DNA of 64,000 nucleotides from Clostridia bacterium (GTDB taxonomy: Bacteria > Bacillota > Clostridia > Christensenellales > UBA1242): positions 53,567-117,566 of the forward strand of contig JAFTYD010000019.1 in assembly GCA_017464845.1 (NCBI GenBank), in the 5' to 3' direction. The first letter of the stretch is position 1, and each line of letters starts with the position of its first letter. Below, one piece after another: positions 9,840 through 19,200 of this stretch. Position numbers and translations under genes: made by a program. The notes below the pieces were generated by a model. That model was not told the origin of the DNA and made no database searches. It was given only the letters and a program-made list of their open reading frames with translations.

Positions 9840-10571
9840 TTAAGAATTTTCTAATACTTTGTTCATAGTAATAACATCAGATCCAGTTAAAATTCCAAGT
9901 GGTAATTCTCTTGTTCCACCTTTTGCTGTAACAAGTACAACAAGTAGTTTATTGTTTTCTTGGAAAAGTTTTAATGCTTGTTCAACAGTAATAGAAGCAG
10001 GAACAACTTCATAGTAAAGATTATCACTCATATTTTCAAGTAAATTACCGATATTTTGACTATCAAGTAATTCATTTGCATCTTCTTTATTTAAAAGTTC
10101 ATTACCTAGATATTGTAAAATTTTTCTACCATTTGCAACCCCAACTAACTCCTTATCTCTATAAACAGGAATATTTGAATAACCTGAAGAAGATATAAGT
10201 TTTATCATTTCTCTAAGTGTTAATGTACTTTCAGCAGTCAAAACATCTCTCCTACAAACAGTTGCAAGTGCATTTGGTGGTGTTGTCAAAATCTTTTCTA
10301 TTTTTTCTATTTTTTCAACAACTTTAATATGAGGTTCTGCAATTATAAAATCCTCATTATTATGTATAATTGCATTTCTTAATCTTCCGTAATCAATTAA
10401 TTCATCTTCATATTTTCTAATAACATAATTCAAAGCAACAGCTTTTCTGATAAGCTCAGAAAACCCCATACTTCTATTCATATTATATTTTGCTCTAATT
10501 GAATAGTCAATATTGTTGTAAGCAGTTAAAAATCTTTTGGAATTTGAATTATTTTCATCATATTCTTCCAT
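9840..10571 (-). CDS. CBS-pair protein with an N-terminal HEPN-like helical domain
   Basis: The C-terminal ~145 aa is a tandem CBS pair (IPVYRDKELVGVANG ... LVVLVTAKGG...GILTGSDV). The N-terminal ~95 aa is helical and carries LRNAIIH (an R-x4-H motif) at aa 64-70. Confidence 0.6.
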   Translation of the reverse strand: MEEYDENNSNSKRFLTAYNNIDYSIRAKYNMNRSMGFSELIRKAVALNYVIRKYEDELIDYGRLRNAIIHNNEDFIIAEPHIKVVEKIEKIEKILTTPPNALATVCRRDVLTAESTLTLREMIKLISSSGYSNIPVYRDKELVGVANGRKILQYLGNELLNKEDANELLDSQNIGNLLENMSDNLYYEVVPASITVEQALKLFQENNKLLVVLVTAKGGTRELPLGILTGSDVITMNKVLENS

Positions 10572-10673
10572 TAAGACCTCCTTAAAGTAATTATTAATTT
10601 TAGTTTACTCTAAAATTATACAATAATATTCATAAAAAGAAAAATAAATTTTAATGAAATTACCAAAATAAGG

Positions 10674-10702
10674 TTGATTTTTTTTTAATAATACTTTATA
10701 AT
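10674..10702 (+). promoter_or_regulatory. sigma-A type promoter of the SRP RNA
   Basis: TTGATT (10674-10679), 17-nt spacer, TATAAT (10697-10702). The predicted start is ~7 nt downstream, at the 5' end of the RNA. Confidence 0.75.
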
Positions 10703-10708
10703 GTTAAC

Positions 10709-10976
10709 ACTGGGCTAGATGGGATGTTAGCGGTATCCTGTAACCTGCAATCCGCTACAGCAGGATTGACGATTTGCCTCGGTATAAAAAAGTTGAATAT
10801 GAGTATGTAATTTTGGCGTTGAAGTCAAGGTCTTATGCAATCAACACCCTTGAACCATGTCAGATCCTGACGGAAGCAGCATTAAGAGGTCTTGTTGGTG
10901 TGCCATAAGGTAGCTTTGGTGGAGTTAAAATTATGTAAGGCAGTTGGTTTTTTTATAACAAAGCAAGTTGCCCAGT
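10709..10976 (+). ncRNA. ffs: signal recognition particle RNA, long Bacillus-type form with Alu domain
   Basis: Conserved domain IV core GUCAGAUCCUGACGGAAGCAGC. The 5' ACUGGGC pairs with the 3' GCCCAGU. About 268 nt, with its own promoter and terminator. Confidence 0.88.
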
Positions 10977-10989
10977 TATTGATATTTCA

Positions 10990-11016
10990 AAGTGATTGTT
11001 TCAATCACTTTTTTTA
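10990..11016 (+). terminator. intrinsic terminator of the SRP RNA
   Basis: Stem aagtgattg / caatcactt followed by a T-run. Confidence 0.8.
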
Positions 11017-11058
11017 TTTAAAAAAATAGAAAAGAGTTAATCTTTTCTATTTTTTGTA

Positions 11059-11256
11059 TTATTCTTGTGATTCTGCAGCTTTTTCTTTTTCATTAACTTT
11101 CTTTACTGCTTTTTTGATATTGTCAACTTCTTTTATAACAGCTTGTTCTCCTTTGTTTACAATATCCTTTGTACATTGAGAGTATTTGTACATCAATGCA
11201 CCAGTAACAAGCCCAATACCAAATCCCATAAGCATTGCAAATTCCTTCATATCCAT
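11059..11256 (-). CDS. small membrane-anchored protein (YtxH-like)
   Basis: 65 aa with an N-terminal Gly-rich TM helix (MLMGFGIGLVTGAL) and a charged helical tail. Confidence 0.5.
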   Translation of the reverse strand: MDMKEFAMLMGFGIGLVTGALMYKYSQCTKDIVNKGEQAVIKEVDNIKKAVKKVNEKEKAAESQE

Positions 11257-11364
11257 AACCCCTCCTTGTTAAATATTGTCTGCAAATATGAAAAAATTAT
11301 ACAATTATTAAAAAATTTATAAAATAATAAAAAAAAATGATAGAATTTCTATCATTTTTTATTA

Positions 11365-11802
11365 TTATTCTTGTTCTTCTTGTTCAGAGTTCATTTCTTC
11401 AGCAAGCATAGCTGCTCTTTTTGCAGCTCTTTCTTTTCTCTTGAAATAATCTTCAACGCCAGCTTTAATTGCTTCTTCTGCAAGAACAGTTGAATGAACT
11501 TTATTTTCAGGAAGATCCCCTAAAACTTCAGCAATTTGTTTGCTGTTAATTTTTAAGATTTCTTCTAAAGATTTTCCTTTAACCAAATCACAAGCAACAT
11601 CTGTGCAAGCAATTGATGCGCAGCAACCAAATGTTTTAAACTTTGATTCTTCAACCACCAAAGTTTCTTCATTAATTTTGAAATACATTTTCATAATATC
11701 TCCACAAGAAGAACTACCAACTTGACCTATTGCATTAGCTCCACGAAGAGATCCAGCATTTTTTGGACTTTGAAATCTATCCATAACAGTTTTATTATAC
11801 AT
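11365..11802 (-). CDS. nifU: Fe-S cluster assembly scaffold (NifU/IscU N-terminal type)
   Basis: Three conserved Cys contexts (GSSSCGD, FGCCASIA, plus a C-terminal region). Lies immediately downstream of the cysteine desulfurase gene. Confidence 0.88.
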   Translation of the reverse strand: MYNKTVMDRFQSPKNAGSLRGANAIGQVGSSSCGDIMKMYFKINEETLVVEESKFKTFGCCASIACTDVACDLVKGKSLEEILKINSKQIAEVLGDLPENKVHSTVLAEEAIKAGVEDYFKRKERAAKRAAMLAEEMNSEQEEQE

Positions 11803-11804
11803 AA

Positions 11805-12977
11805 TTAAAACCTCCCTGCTTGAAGTGGTGAAATTGAACGAAGTTTAGTAACTATCTTAGCAAGTTCTGCAACAGCAATATCAATATCTGCTTTTGATGT
11901 ATTTTTACCAAAAGAGAATCTGATAGAACCTTGAGCAACTTCATCAGCAATTCCCATAGCTTTAAGAACATGAGATGGTAATAAAGATTTTGAAGTACAA
12001 GCTGAACCAGTTGAAACAGCAATACCTTTTAAATCCAAAAGCATTAAGATAGATTCACCTTCAATACCATAGAATGAAATATTAAGAATATTTTGAACTC
12101 TTTGATGAGCATGACCATTCAATTGATAATGTTCTACATTTTCAGCTAATTTTGAAAGGAAATATTTTCTTAAAATTCTATATTTTTGTTGATTTTCAGA
12201 AAGATTTTTATTAGCAGATTCAACAGCTTTTCCAAGACCAGCAATTGAAGGAACATTTAAAGTTCCACCTCTCTTATTTCTTTCTTGACTACCACCAGAA
12301 ATAATACTATCAATCTTAATACCATTTCTAACATATAAAGCACCAATACCCTTTGGTCCATAAATCTTATGTCCTGAAATTGACATAACATCGATTTCCA
12401 TATCTTGAACATCAAGTTTTAATGCTCCGATAGCTTGAACAGCATCAGTATGGAAAATAACATTAAAATCATGACAAAGTTTACCGATAGTCTTAATATT
12501 TTGAATAGTACCAACTTCATTATTAACAGCCATAACAGAAACCAAAGTTGTATCTCTTCTTATAGCATGAATAAGTTCAGCAATATTAACAAGACCATCT
12601 GGATTTACAGGTACATAAGAAACTTCGTAACCTTCTTTTTCAAGTTCGGCACAAGAATCTAAAATAGCGTGGTGTTCAATAGCACTAACAACTATATGTT
12701 TACCCTTAGATTCATAAGCGTGAGCGATACCTTTTATTGCCCAGTTATCGGCTTCAGTACCACCACTAGTAAAATAAATTTCGTTTGAGCTTTTTGCATT
12801 GATTGCAGAAGCAATTCTATCTCTTGCTCTATCTACAATAGCTTCAGCTTCTCTACCAAAACTATGTAAACTACTAGGATTTCCATATAAAATGTTATAG
12901 CAAGGTAACATTTCATTCAAAACCTCAGAAGAAACATAAGTTGTGGCAGCATTATCTAGATAAATTTTTCTTTCCAT
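11805..12977 (-). CDS. nifS: cysteine desulfurase (NifS/IscS class I)
   Basis: PLP lysine motif SISGHKIYGPKG and active-site loop STGSACTS. 390 aa. Confidence 0.92.
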   Translation of the reverse strand: MERKIYLDNAATTYVSSEVLNEMLPCYNILYGNPSSLHSFGREAEAIVDRARDRIASAINAKSSNEIYFTSGGTEADNWAIKGIAHAYESKGKHIVVSAIEHHAILDSCAELEKEGYEVSYVPVNPDGLVNIAELIHAIRRDTTLVSVMAVNNEVGTIQNIKTIGKLCHDFNVIFHTDAVQAIGALKLDVQDMEIDVMSISGHKIYGPKGIGALYVRNGIKIDSIISGGSQERNKRGGTLNVPSIAGLGKAVESANKNLSENQQKYRILRKYFLSKLAENVEHYQLNGHAHQRVQNILNISFYGIEGESILMLLDLKGIAVSTGSACTSKSLLPSHVLKAMGIADEVAQGSIRFSFGKNTSKADIDIAVAELAKIVTKLRSISPLQAGRF

Positions 12978-13001
12978 AAATTTTTCCTTTTAACTTCTTT
13001 T

Positions 13002-13030
13002 ATTTTAACACGATTTTAGCTTAATGTCAA
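13002..13030 (-). promoter_or_regulatory. promoter of the nifS-nifU operon
   Basis: On the reverse strand: TTGACA (13025-13030), 17-nt spacer, TAAAAT (13002-13007), preceded by a TGn extended -10. Confidence 0.6.
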
Positions 13031-13061
13031 CATCAATAATAACAATTTATTTATGAATTTA

Positions 13062-13370
13062 TTATAATAAAGGATTAATACAATCTTTTATTTCTTCTTT
13101 TGACCATAAACCTATGTGTTTTTCTTTAATTTCGCCGTCTTTAAATATTATCATAGTTGGAATACTCATAATTCCAAAAGACTTTGCAACATCTTCGTTT
13201 TTGTCAACGTCAACTTTATAAATTTTCACTTTTTCATCAAGTTCATTTTTTAAATCATCAATAACAACTGACATCATTCTACATGGTGCACACCAAGTTG
13301 CAAAGAAATCAACAAACACAATACCTTCTTTGGTTTTACTATCAAAATCTTCTTTTCCTATAATTTCCAT
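13062..13370 (-). CDS. trxA: thioredoxin
   Basis: WCAPC active site; 102 aa. Confidence 0.93.
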   Translation of the reverse strand: MEIIGKEDFDSKTKEGIVFVDFFATWCAPCRMMSVVIDDLKNELDEKVKIYKVDVDKNEDVAKSFGIMSIPTMIIFKDGEIKEKHIGLWSKEEIKDCINPLL

Positions 13371-13382
13371 AGTTTTCTCCTT

Positions 13383-14060
13383 TTAATTTTTATTTAATAA
13401 ATAATTAACAACATATGAAGATACAACACAACCACAAACTGCAGGATAATAACTTATACTTCCAATTTCTTTTGAATTAGTTTTGACAGGTAAACTACTT
13501 GAAATAACAACTTTCAAAGATTTAATTCTTTTTTCCTTTAGTTTCTTTCTCATTATTTTTGCAAGTCCATCACCCGCCGTCTTGTAAATATCAGTTACAT
13601 AAAAGTTTGGATAATCGTATCTATTCCCTGCTCCACATGCAGAAATAATTTCAATATCATTAAACTTACAATATTCAATTAATTCTATTTTATTAGTTAC
13701 CATATCAATAGCATCAACACAAATATCAACATCTTTAAGTATTTCTTTTACATTATCTTTTGATATTTTTTGACAATAAGTTGTTATACTACAATTTGAA
13801 TTTATATCAAGTATCATATCTTTACACACATCAACCTTATATAAACCAACAGTTTTTTCGTTTGCAATAATTTGTCTATTAATATTTGTTATATCTATGG
13901 TATCAAAATCTACAAGTACAAAATTTTCTATACCTGCTCTAGCAAGTGTAATAGCTGTATAGCCACCAACCCCTCCAATACCAATTATAGCAACTTTGCT
14001 TTTGGATAGATTTTTGACACCATCTTTTCCAATTAATAATTCTGTTCTTTGAAATTTCAT
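13383..14060 (-). CDS. tcdA: ThiF/MoeB-family adenylyltransferase, TcdA-like (tRNA t6A dehydratase)
   Basis: Nucleotide-binding loop IIGIGGVGG, VDFDTI...NINRQ motif. Short, single-domain protein. Confidence 0.75.
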   Translation of the reverse strand: MKFQRTELLIGKDGVKNLSKSKVAIIGIGGVGGYTAITLARAGIENFVLVDFDTIDITNINRQIIANEKTVGLYKVDVCKDMILDINSNCSITTYCQKISKDNVKEILKDVDICVDAIDMVTNKIELIEYCKFNDIEIISACGAGNRYDYPNFYVTDIYKTAGDGLAKIMRKKLKEKRIKSLKVVISSSLPVKTNSKEIGSISYYPAVCGCVVSSYVVNYLLNKN

Positions 14061-14070
14061 CTATCAACCC

Positions 14071-15366
14071 TTATAAAACATATTTTTTAAGGTCATATTT
14101 TTTCTTTGTTTCTTTAAATGTGTTTTGAACAAAAGTTCTATCAACAACAACTTCAAGCAATGGGTGTTCTCCAGTTGCATTAAAAGAAATATCTTCAAGA
14201 ACATTTTCTAAAATAGTATGCAATCTTCTTGCCCCTATATCTTCTCCGACTTCATTTTCTCTTTCTGCCATTTCTGCAATTTCATCTAATGCATCATCAG
14301 TAAATCTCAATTCGATATTGTCCACTCTAAGCAAACTAGCATATTGAAGAGTAACAGCATTTTTTGTTGAAGACAAAATTTGTTTAAAATCTTCCTTTGT
14401 TAAACTTTGAAGATCAACTCTAATTGGGAATCTACCTTGCAATTCAGGAATCATATCTTCAATCTTTGCAACATGGAAAGCACCTGCTGCTATAAATAAA
14501 ATGAAATCTGTTTTGATATTACCATATTTTGTTGCAACAGTACTTCCTTCAACGATAGGTAAAATATCTCTTTGAACACCTTCTCTTGAAACATCTTGGT
14601 TTGAAGATGTTTGACTTTTCCCAACAATTTTATCAATCTCATCAATAAAGATTATACCTTCTTCTTCAGCAAGTCTAATAGCTTCTTCATTAACATTATC
14701 GTTATCAATCATTTTTTCGCTTTCTTCTTGTAGTATAGTTTCTCTCGCATGATAAACAGACATTTTCTTTTTCTTTCTCTTTTGAGGCATCAAACTATCA
14801 AACATTGAACCAAGATTAAGTTCAGGTCCACCTATTGCAATCATAGGTTTTGGACTTTCCAAAACATTAACTTCAATAATTTCATTTTCATAAAGACCTT
14901 CTTTCAAGCCTTTTAATATATCATCTTTATTAATTTCAAATTCTGTAACTTTTTTAAGATCATATAAAGCATCAACAAGTTTTGCATCAACAGTTGGCAT
15001 AACTTTACTTTCAACTTCATGTTTCTTTTGATCTCTAACCATACGAATAGAAACTTCAACCAAATCTCTAATCATACTTTCAACATCACGACCAACATAA
15101 CCTACTTCTGTATATTTTGTTGCTTCAACCTTAACAAATGGAGCTCCAACAAGTTTTGCAAGTCTTCTAGCAATTTCTGTTTTACCAACCCCAGTAGGTC
15201 CACGCATAACGATATTTTTTGGTGTAATTTCGTCACGAAGTTCTTTTTTTAATCTACTTCTTCTATATCTATTTCTCAAAGCAATAGCAACAGCTCTCTT
15301 TGCTTTGTTTTGTCCAATTATATATTTATCAAGTTCAGTAACAATTTGTTTAGGTGTTAAATTCAT
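14071..15366 (-). CDS. hslU: ATP-dependent protease ATPase subunit HslU
   Basis: MRGPTGVGKTEIARRLA Walker A, IIFIDEIDK Walker B, and an I-domain insertion. I set the start at 15366 (MNLTPKQIV...), which has GGAGGAAAG upstream. The track start at 15384 would abut the hslV stop codon at 15385. Confidence 0.95.
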   Translation of the reverse strand: MNLTPKQIVTELDKYIIGQNKAKRAVAIALRNRYRRSRLKKELRDEITPKNIVMRGPTGVGKTEIARRLAKLVGAPFVKVEATKYTEVGYVGRDVESMIRDLVEVSIRMVRDQKKHEVESKVMPTVDAKLVDALYDLKKVTEFEINKDDILKGLKEGLYENEIIEVNVLESPKPMIAIGGPELNLGSMFDSLMPQKRKKKKMSVYHARETILQEESEKMIDNDNVNEEAIRLAEEEGIIFIDEIDKIVGKSQTSSNQDVSREGVQRDILPIVEGSTVATKYGNIKTDFILFIAAGAFHVAKIEDMIPELQGRFPIRVDLQSLTKEDFKQILSSTKNAVTLQYASLLRVDNIELRFTDDALDEIAEMAERENEVGEDIGARRLHTILENVLEDISFNATGEHPLLEVVVDRTFVQNTFKETKKKYDLKKYVL

Positions 15367-15384
15367 AAATAATCTTTCCTCCAA

Positions 15385-15924
15385 TTACAATTCTTCAACA
15401 ATAATATTTTCATTAGTGAAAACACAAATTTCACTAGCAATTTTTAATGATTTATAAGCAATTTCTTTCGCAGATAAATCTGTATTTTGCATAAGAGCCT
15501 TTGCAGATGCTAAAGCATAGTTTCCACCAGAACCTATTGCACAAACATCATCTTGAGGTTCAATAACATCACCAATACCAGAAATAATTAAAATTCTTTC
15601 TTTATCAGCAACAATCATCATTGCATCAAGTTTTCTCATTGCTTTATCAGCTCTCCATGTTTGAGCAAGTTCAACAGCACTTCTCATCAAGTTTCCTGCA
15701 AATTTATTTAACATTTCTTCAAATCTTTCACATAATGAAAATGCATCAGCAACAGAACCTGCAAAACCTGTAACAACATTACCATTGTAAATTCTTCTAA
15801 CTTTTACTGCATTATTTTTAAAAATTACACTATTTTGCATTGTAACTTGGCCATCACCAGCAACTGCTATTTGACCATTTCTCTTTACTGCACAAATAGT
15901 TGTTCCACGGAATAAACTTTCCAT
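15385..15924 (-). CDS. hslV: ATP-dependent protease subunit HslV
   Basis: Threonine active-site N-terminus (GTTICAV) and the GSGGNYA motif. Confidence 0.95.
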   Translation of the reverse strand: MESLFRGTTICAVKRNGQIAVAGDGQVTMQNSVIFKNNAVKVRRIYNGNVVTGFAGSVADAFSLCERFEEMLNKFAGNLMRSAVELAQTWRADKAMRKLDAMMIVADKERILIISGIGDVIEPQDDVCAIGSGGNYALASAKALMQNTDLSAKEIAYKSLKIASEICVFTNENIIVEEL

Positions 15925-16021
15925 ATAATCCTCCTAACTTAAGTTTAATCTTTTACAAATAATATTATAACATAACTACTAATAAATTTTATACAATTTT
16001 AATAATTTTTTCGATTTTTTT

Positions 16022-16053
16022 AAAAAAAAATAGATTATAGAAATCTATAACCT
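16022..16053 (-). terminator. intrinsic terminator after topA
   Basis: 9-bp stem (aggttatag / ctataatct with one G-U pair) followed by a U9 run on the reverse strand. Confidence 0.65.
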
Positions 16054-16056
16054 ATT

Positions 16057-18117
16057 TTAATTTTCTTTTTTATATCCACATTCTTTTGAAGAACAAATCA
16101 CAGATTTTCCTTTCTTAATTAAATATGAATTACAGTTTGGACATTTTTCTCCAGTAGGAATATCCCAACTCATAAAATTGCAACCTTCTCTGTTTTCACA
16201 AGCATAGAAAGTTTTTCCTCTTTTTGTCTTTAATGCAAAAACATTCTTTTTACATTCTGGACAAATACCAACAGGTTTCTTTTCTTCAGTTTCATAAGGT
16301 TTAATATTTCTACATTTTGGGAAATTACTGCAACCCAAAAACTTTCCAAATCTACCTTCTCTTAAAAGCATTTTTGAACCACATTTTTCACAAACAATAT
16401 CTGTTTCAATTGGTGCAGTTTTCATAGTAACAGAGCTTGCATCTGATTTTTCTAGCAAGCCTTTAAATCCATTCCAAAAACTTTCAACAACTTCATGCCA
16501 ATCTTCTCCAAGTTCAGCAATATCATCAAGTCTTTTTTCCATATATGCTGTAAATTTTACATTGATAACAGAATTAAAGAATTTTTCAAGATATTCTGTT
16601 ATTTTTCTTCCAAGTTCTGTTGGTATCAAGAATTTCTTTTCTTTATCTGTATATTTTCTTGAAGCAAGAACTGTAATTGTTGCAGCATAAGTTGCAGGTC
16701 TTCCTATACCCTTTTCTTCCATCGCCTTAACTAAACTTGCTTCAGTGTATCGTGCAGGTGGTTTTGTAAATTTTTGTTCTGTTGTAATTTTTTCACATTT
16801 AACTTCTTCTTTTTCTTCTAAAACTGGAAGTTTTGAAACATCATTACTTTCTTCTTCAGTATATGCTTTATAAACTTTTGTCCAACCAGCAAAATTCATT
16901 GTTTTTCCATTAACCTTAAATGTATAAGCATCAACATCAAATTTTACTGCAACATTTGAATATTCAGCTTGAGCCATTTGACTTGCTAAAAATCTTTCAT
17001 AGATAAGTTTATATAATTTGTAATTATCAGGTGAAAGAGAAGATTCAACATTCTCTGGTTTAATTGCCATTGAAATTGGTCTAATCGCTTCGTGAGCATC
17101 TTGTGCATTATCTTTTGTATGATATACATTTGGTTTTGATGGAACATATTTTTCTCCATATGTATTTTTAATATAATCTAAACACATATTTTGAGCATCA
17201 GCAGAAACTCTAACAGAGTCTGTTCTGATATAAGTAATAAGAGCTATCTTACCTTCCCCAGCAACATCAACACCTTCATATAATTGTTGAGCAGATGCTG
17301 TTGTTCTTTTTAAACTCATACCAAGTTTGTTAAGTGCATCTTGTTGCATAGTACTAGTTGTAAATGGCGCAGGTGCATGAGATTTTGTTGCAGATTTTTT
17401 AACTTCACTAACAATAAAAGGTTTACCTTCTATATCACTTAAAATTTGATCTGTTTCTTCTTTACTTGATACAGTAATTTTTTTATTATTTTTTGCATGT
17501 AAACTTGCCTTGAAAGCAATCTTATCTTTTATTAAATTTGCACTAATATTCCAATACTCTTCTGGTTTAAAATTTTCAATTTCTTTTTCTCTATCAACAA
17601 CAAGTTTTAAAGCAACAGATTGAACTCTACCAGCAGATAATCTTGGAGCAATTTTTTTACACAAAATTGGAGAAAGTTTGTACCCCACAATTCTATCAAG
17701 AACTCTTCTAGTTTGTTGTGCGTCAACAAGTTTTAAATCAATACTTCTTGGCTTTGAAATTGCATTTGTTACGGCTTTTTTTGAAATTTCATTAAACACA
17801 ATTCTACATTCTGTTTCAGGGTCAAGACCAAGCACATAAGCAATATGCCAAGATATAGCTTCTCCCTCTCTATCAGGGTCGGTTGCGATTAATATTTGCT
17901 CAGCATCTGACGCCTTCTTTTTTAATGTTGAAATAAGTTCTTTTTTGTCATCCATTATTTCATATTTAGGTTCGAAACTTTTATTCATATCAATACCAAA
18001 AGATTTTACTGGTAAATCTCTAATATGACCTTTTGTAGCAAAAACTTCATAACCTTCACCAAGATATTTTTTTAAAGTATCTCTTTTTGCAGGTGCTTCA
18101 ATAATCACTAATTTCAT
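16057..18117 (-). CDS. topA: DNA topoisomerase I
   Basis: TOPRIM N-terminus (KLVIIEAPAK, ATDPDREGE), catalytic YIRTDS, and three C-terminal Cys4 zinc ribbons. Confidence 0.97.
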   Translation of the reverse strand: MKLVIIEAPAKRDTLKKYLGEGYEVFATKGHIRDLPVKSFGIDMNKSFEPKYEIMDDKKELISTLKKKASDAEQILIATDPDREGEAISWHIAYVLGLDPETECRIVFNEISKKAVTNAISKPRSIDLKLVDAQQTRRVLDRIVGYKLSPILCKKIAPRLSAGRVQSVALKLVVDREKEIENFKPEEYWNISANLIKDKIAFKASLHAKNNKKITVSSKEETDQILSDIEGKPFIVSEVKKSATKSHAPAPFTTSTMQQDALNKLGMSLKRTTASAQQLYEGVDVAGEGKIALITYIRTDSVRVSADAQNMCLDYIKNTYGEKYVPSKPNVYHTKDNAQDAHEAIRPISMAIKPENVESSLSPDNYKLYKLIYERFLASQMAQAEYSNVAVKFDVDAYTFKVNGKTMNFAGWTKVYKAYTEEESNDVSKLPVLEEKEEVKCEKITTEQKFTKPPARYTEASLVKAMEEKGIGRPATYAATITVLASRKYTDKEKKFLIPTELGRKITEYLEKFFNSVINVKFTAYMEKRLDDIAELGEDWHEVVESFWNGFKGLLEKSDASSVTMKTAPIETDIVCEKCGSKMLLREGRFGKFLGCSNFPKCRNIKPYETEEKKPVGICPECKKNVFALKTKRGKTFYACENREGCNFMSWDIPTGEKCPNCNSYLIKKGKSVICSSKECGYKKEN

Positions 18118-18129
18118 AAATAATTCCTT

Positions 18130-19200
18130 TTACTTTATAGAATATACTCCACCTGGCAACCTCGTAATTAGATTACGAATTTCCATTGTAAGTAACATTC
18201 CGTTTAATTTTCCTAATGGTATTTTAGAATTTTCAGCCAAAAATTCCAAATCTTTCTCACCATTTTTTAATAAATTTATCAAAATTTCTTCTTCAAAACT
18301 TAATTGAACGACTTTTTTTGGTATATTTTTACAATTTAAATGATAATAATCTAAAATATTTTGTGGAGAAACAACACATTCTCCTTGTGCAGTTTTAATA
18401 ATTTCGTTTGGTAAATCACTAAATGAACTTGTAACATTTCCTGGAACAGCAAATATATCTTTTCCATAATCTAATGCAAAATCTTTTGTGTGAATCGTTC
18501 CACTTTTCAATCCTGCTTCAGTAATTAACACACCTTCACTAAGTCCAGCAATAATTCTATTTCTTTGTGGAAACGAATATTTTGTTGATTTATATGATGG
18601 AGAATATTCACTAACTATCAAACCTTTTTCTGCAATTTCCCTTGCAAGAGATTCATGTTCTGATGGGTAAATATAATTAAATCCACCTCCTAATACTGCA
18701 ATAGTTTTACCATTAACTTTTAAACAACTTCTATGTGAAATACTATCAATTCCATAAGCTAATCCACTAATGATAACAAAACCATTTTCTGCAAGAAAAG
18801 TTGAAAATTTTTCAGTAATAATTTTACCATAATTTGTTGGAGTTCGTGTTCCAACAATAGCAATACCTTGTTCTTTTAATAAAGATATATTTCCTTTACA
18901 ATAAAGTACCAAAGGACAATCATCAATACCAAGTAACTTTTCAGGAAATTCTTCATCAAAAATTGTAACAACTTTTACATCTTGTGATGATAAATTTTTA
19001 ATATAATTTTCAATATATTTTTCGTTACAATTTTCAATAAATTTTGAATACAATTCATCTTTTAAAACGTTTTTAATTTCACTATTATTTTTTAGATAAT
19101 CTAAACTATATTCTCCTTCCTCTAATAAATCATAAATCTTTTTAAATTTACTTATAGAAAGATTAAAAGAACTTAAATAAATTAATATTTTTCTTTTCAT
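18130..19200 (-). CDS. dprA: DNA-processing protein DprA
   Basis: Motifs GLAYGIDS and FPQRNRIIAGLS. The ATG at 19200 has GGAG 7 nt upstream and overlaps the comM stop (TGATG). Confidence 0.92.
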   Translation of the reverse strand: MKRKILIYLSSFNLSISKFKKIYDLLEEGEYSLDYLKNNSEIKNVLKDELYSKFIENCNEKYIENYIKNLSSQDVKVVTIFDEEFPEKLLGIDDCPLVLYCKGNISLLKEQGIAIVGTRTPTNYGKIITEKFSTFLAENGFVIISGLAYGIDSISHRSCLKVNGKTIAVLGGGFNYIYPSEHESLAREIAEKGLIVSEYSPSYKSTKYSFPQRNRIIAGLSEGVLITEAGLKSGTIHTKDFALDYGKDIFAVPGNVTSSFSDLPNEIIKTAQGECVVSPQNILDYYHLNCKNIPKKVVQLSFEEEILINLLKNGEKDLEFLAENSKIPLGKLNGMLLTMEIRNLITRLPGGVYSIK

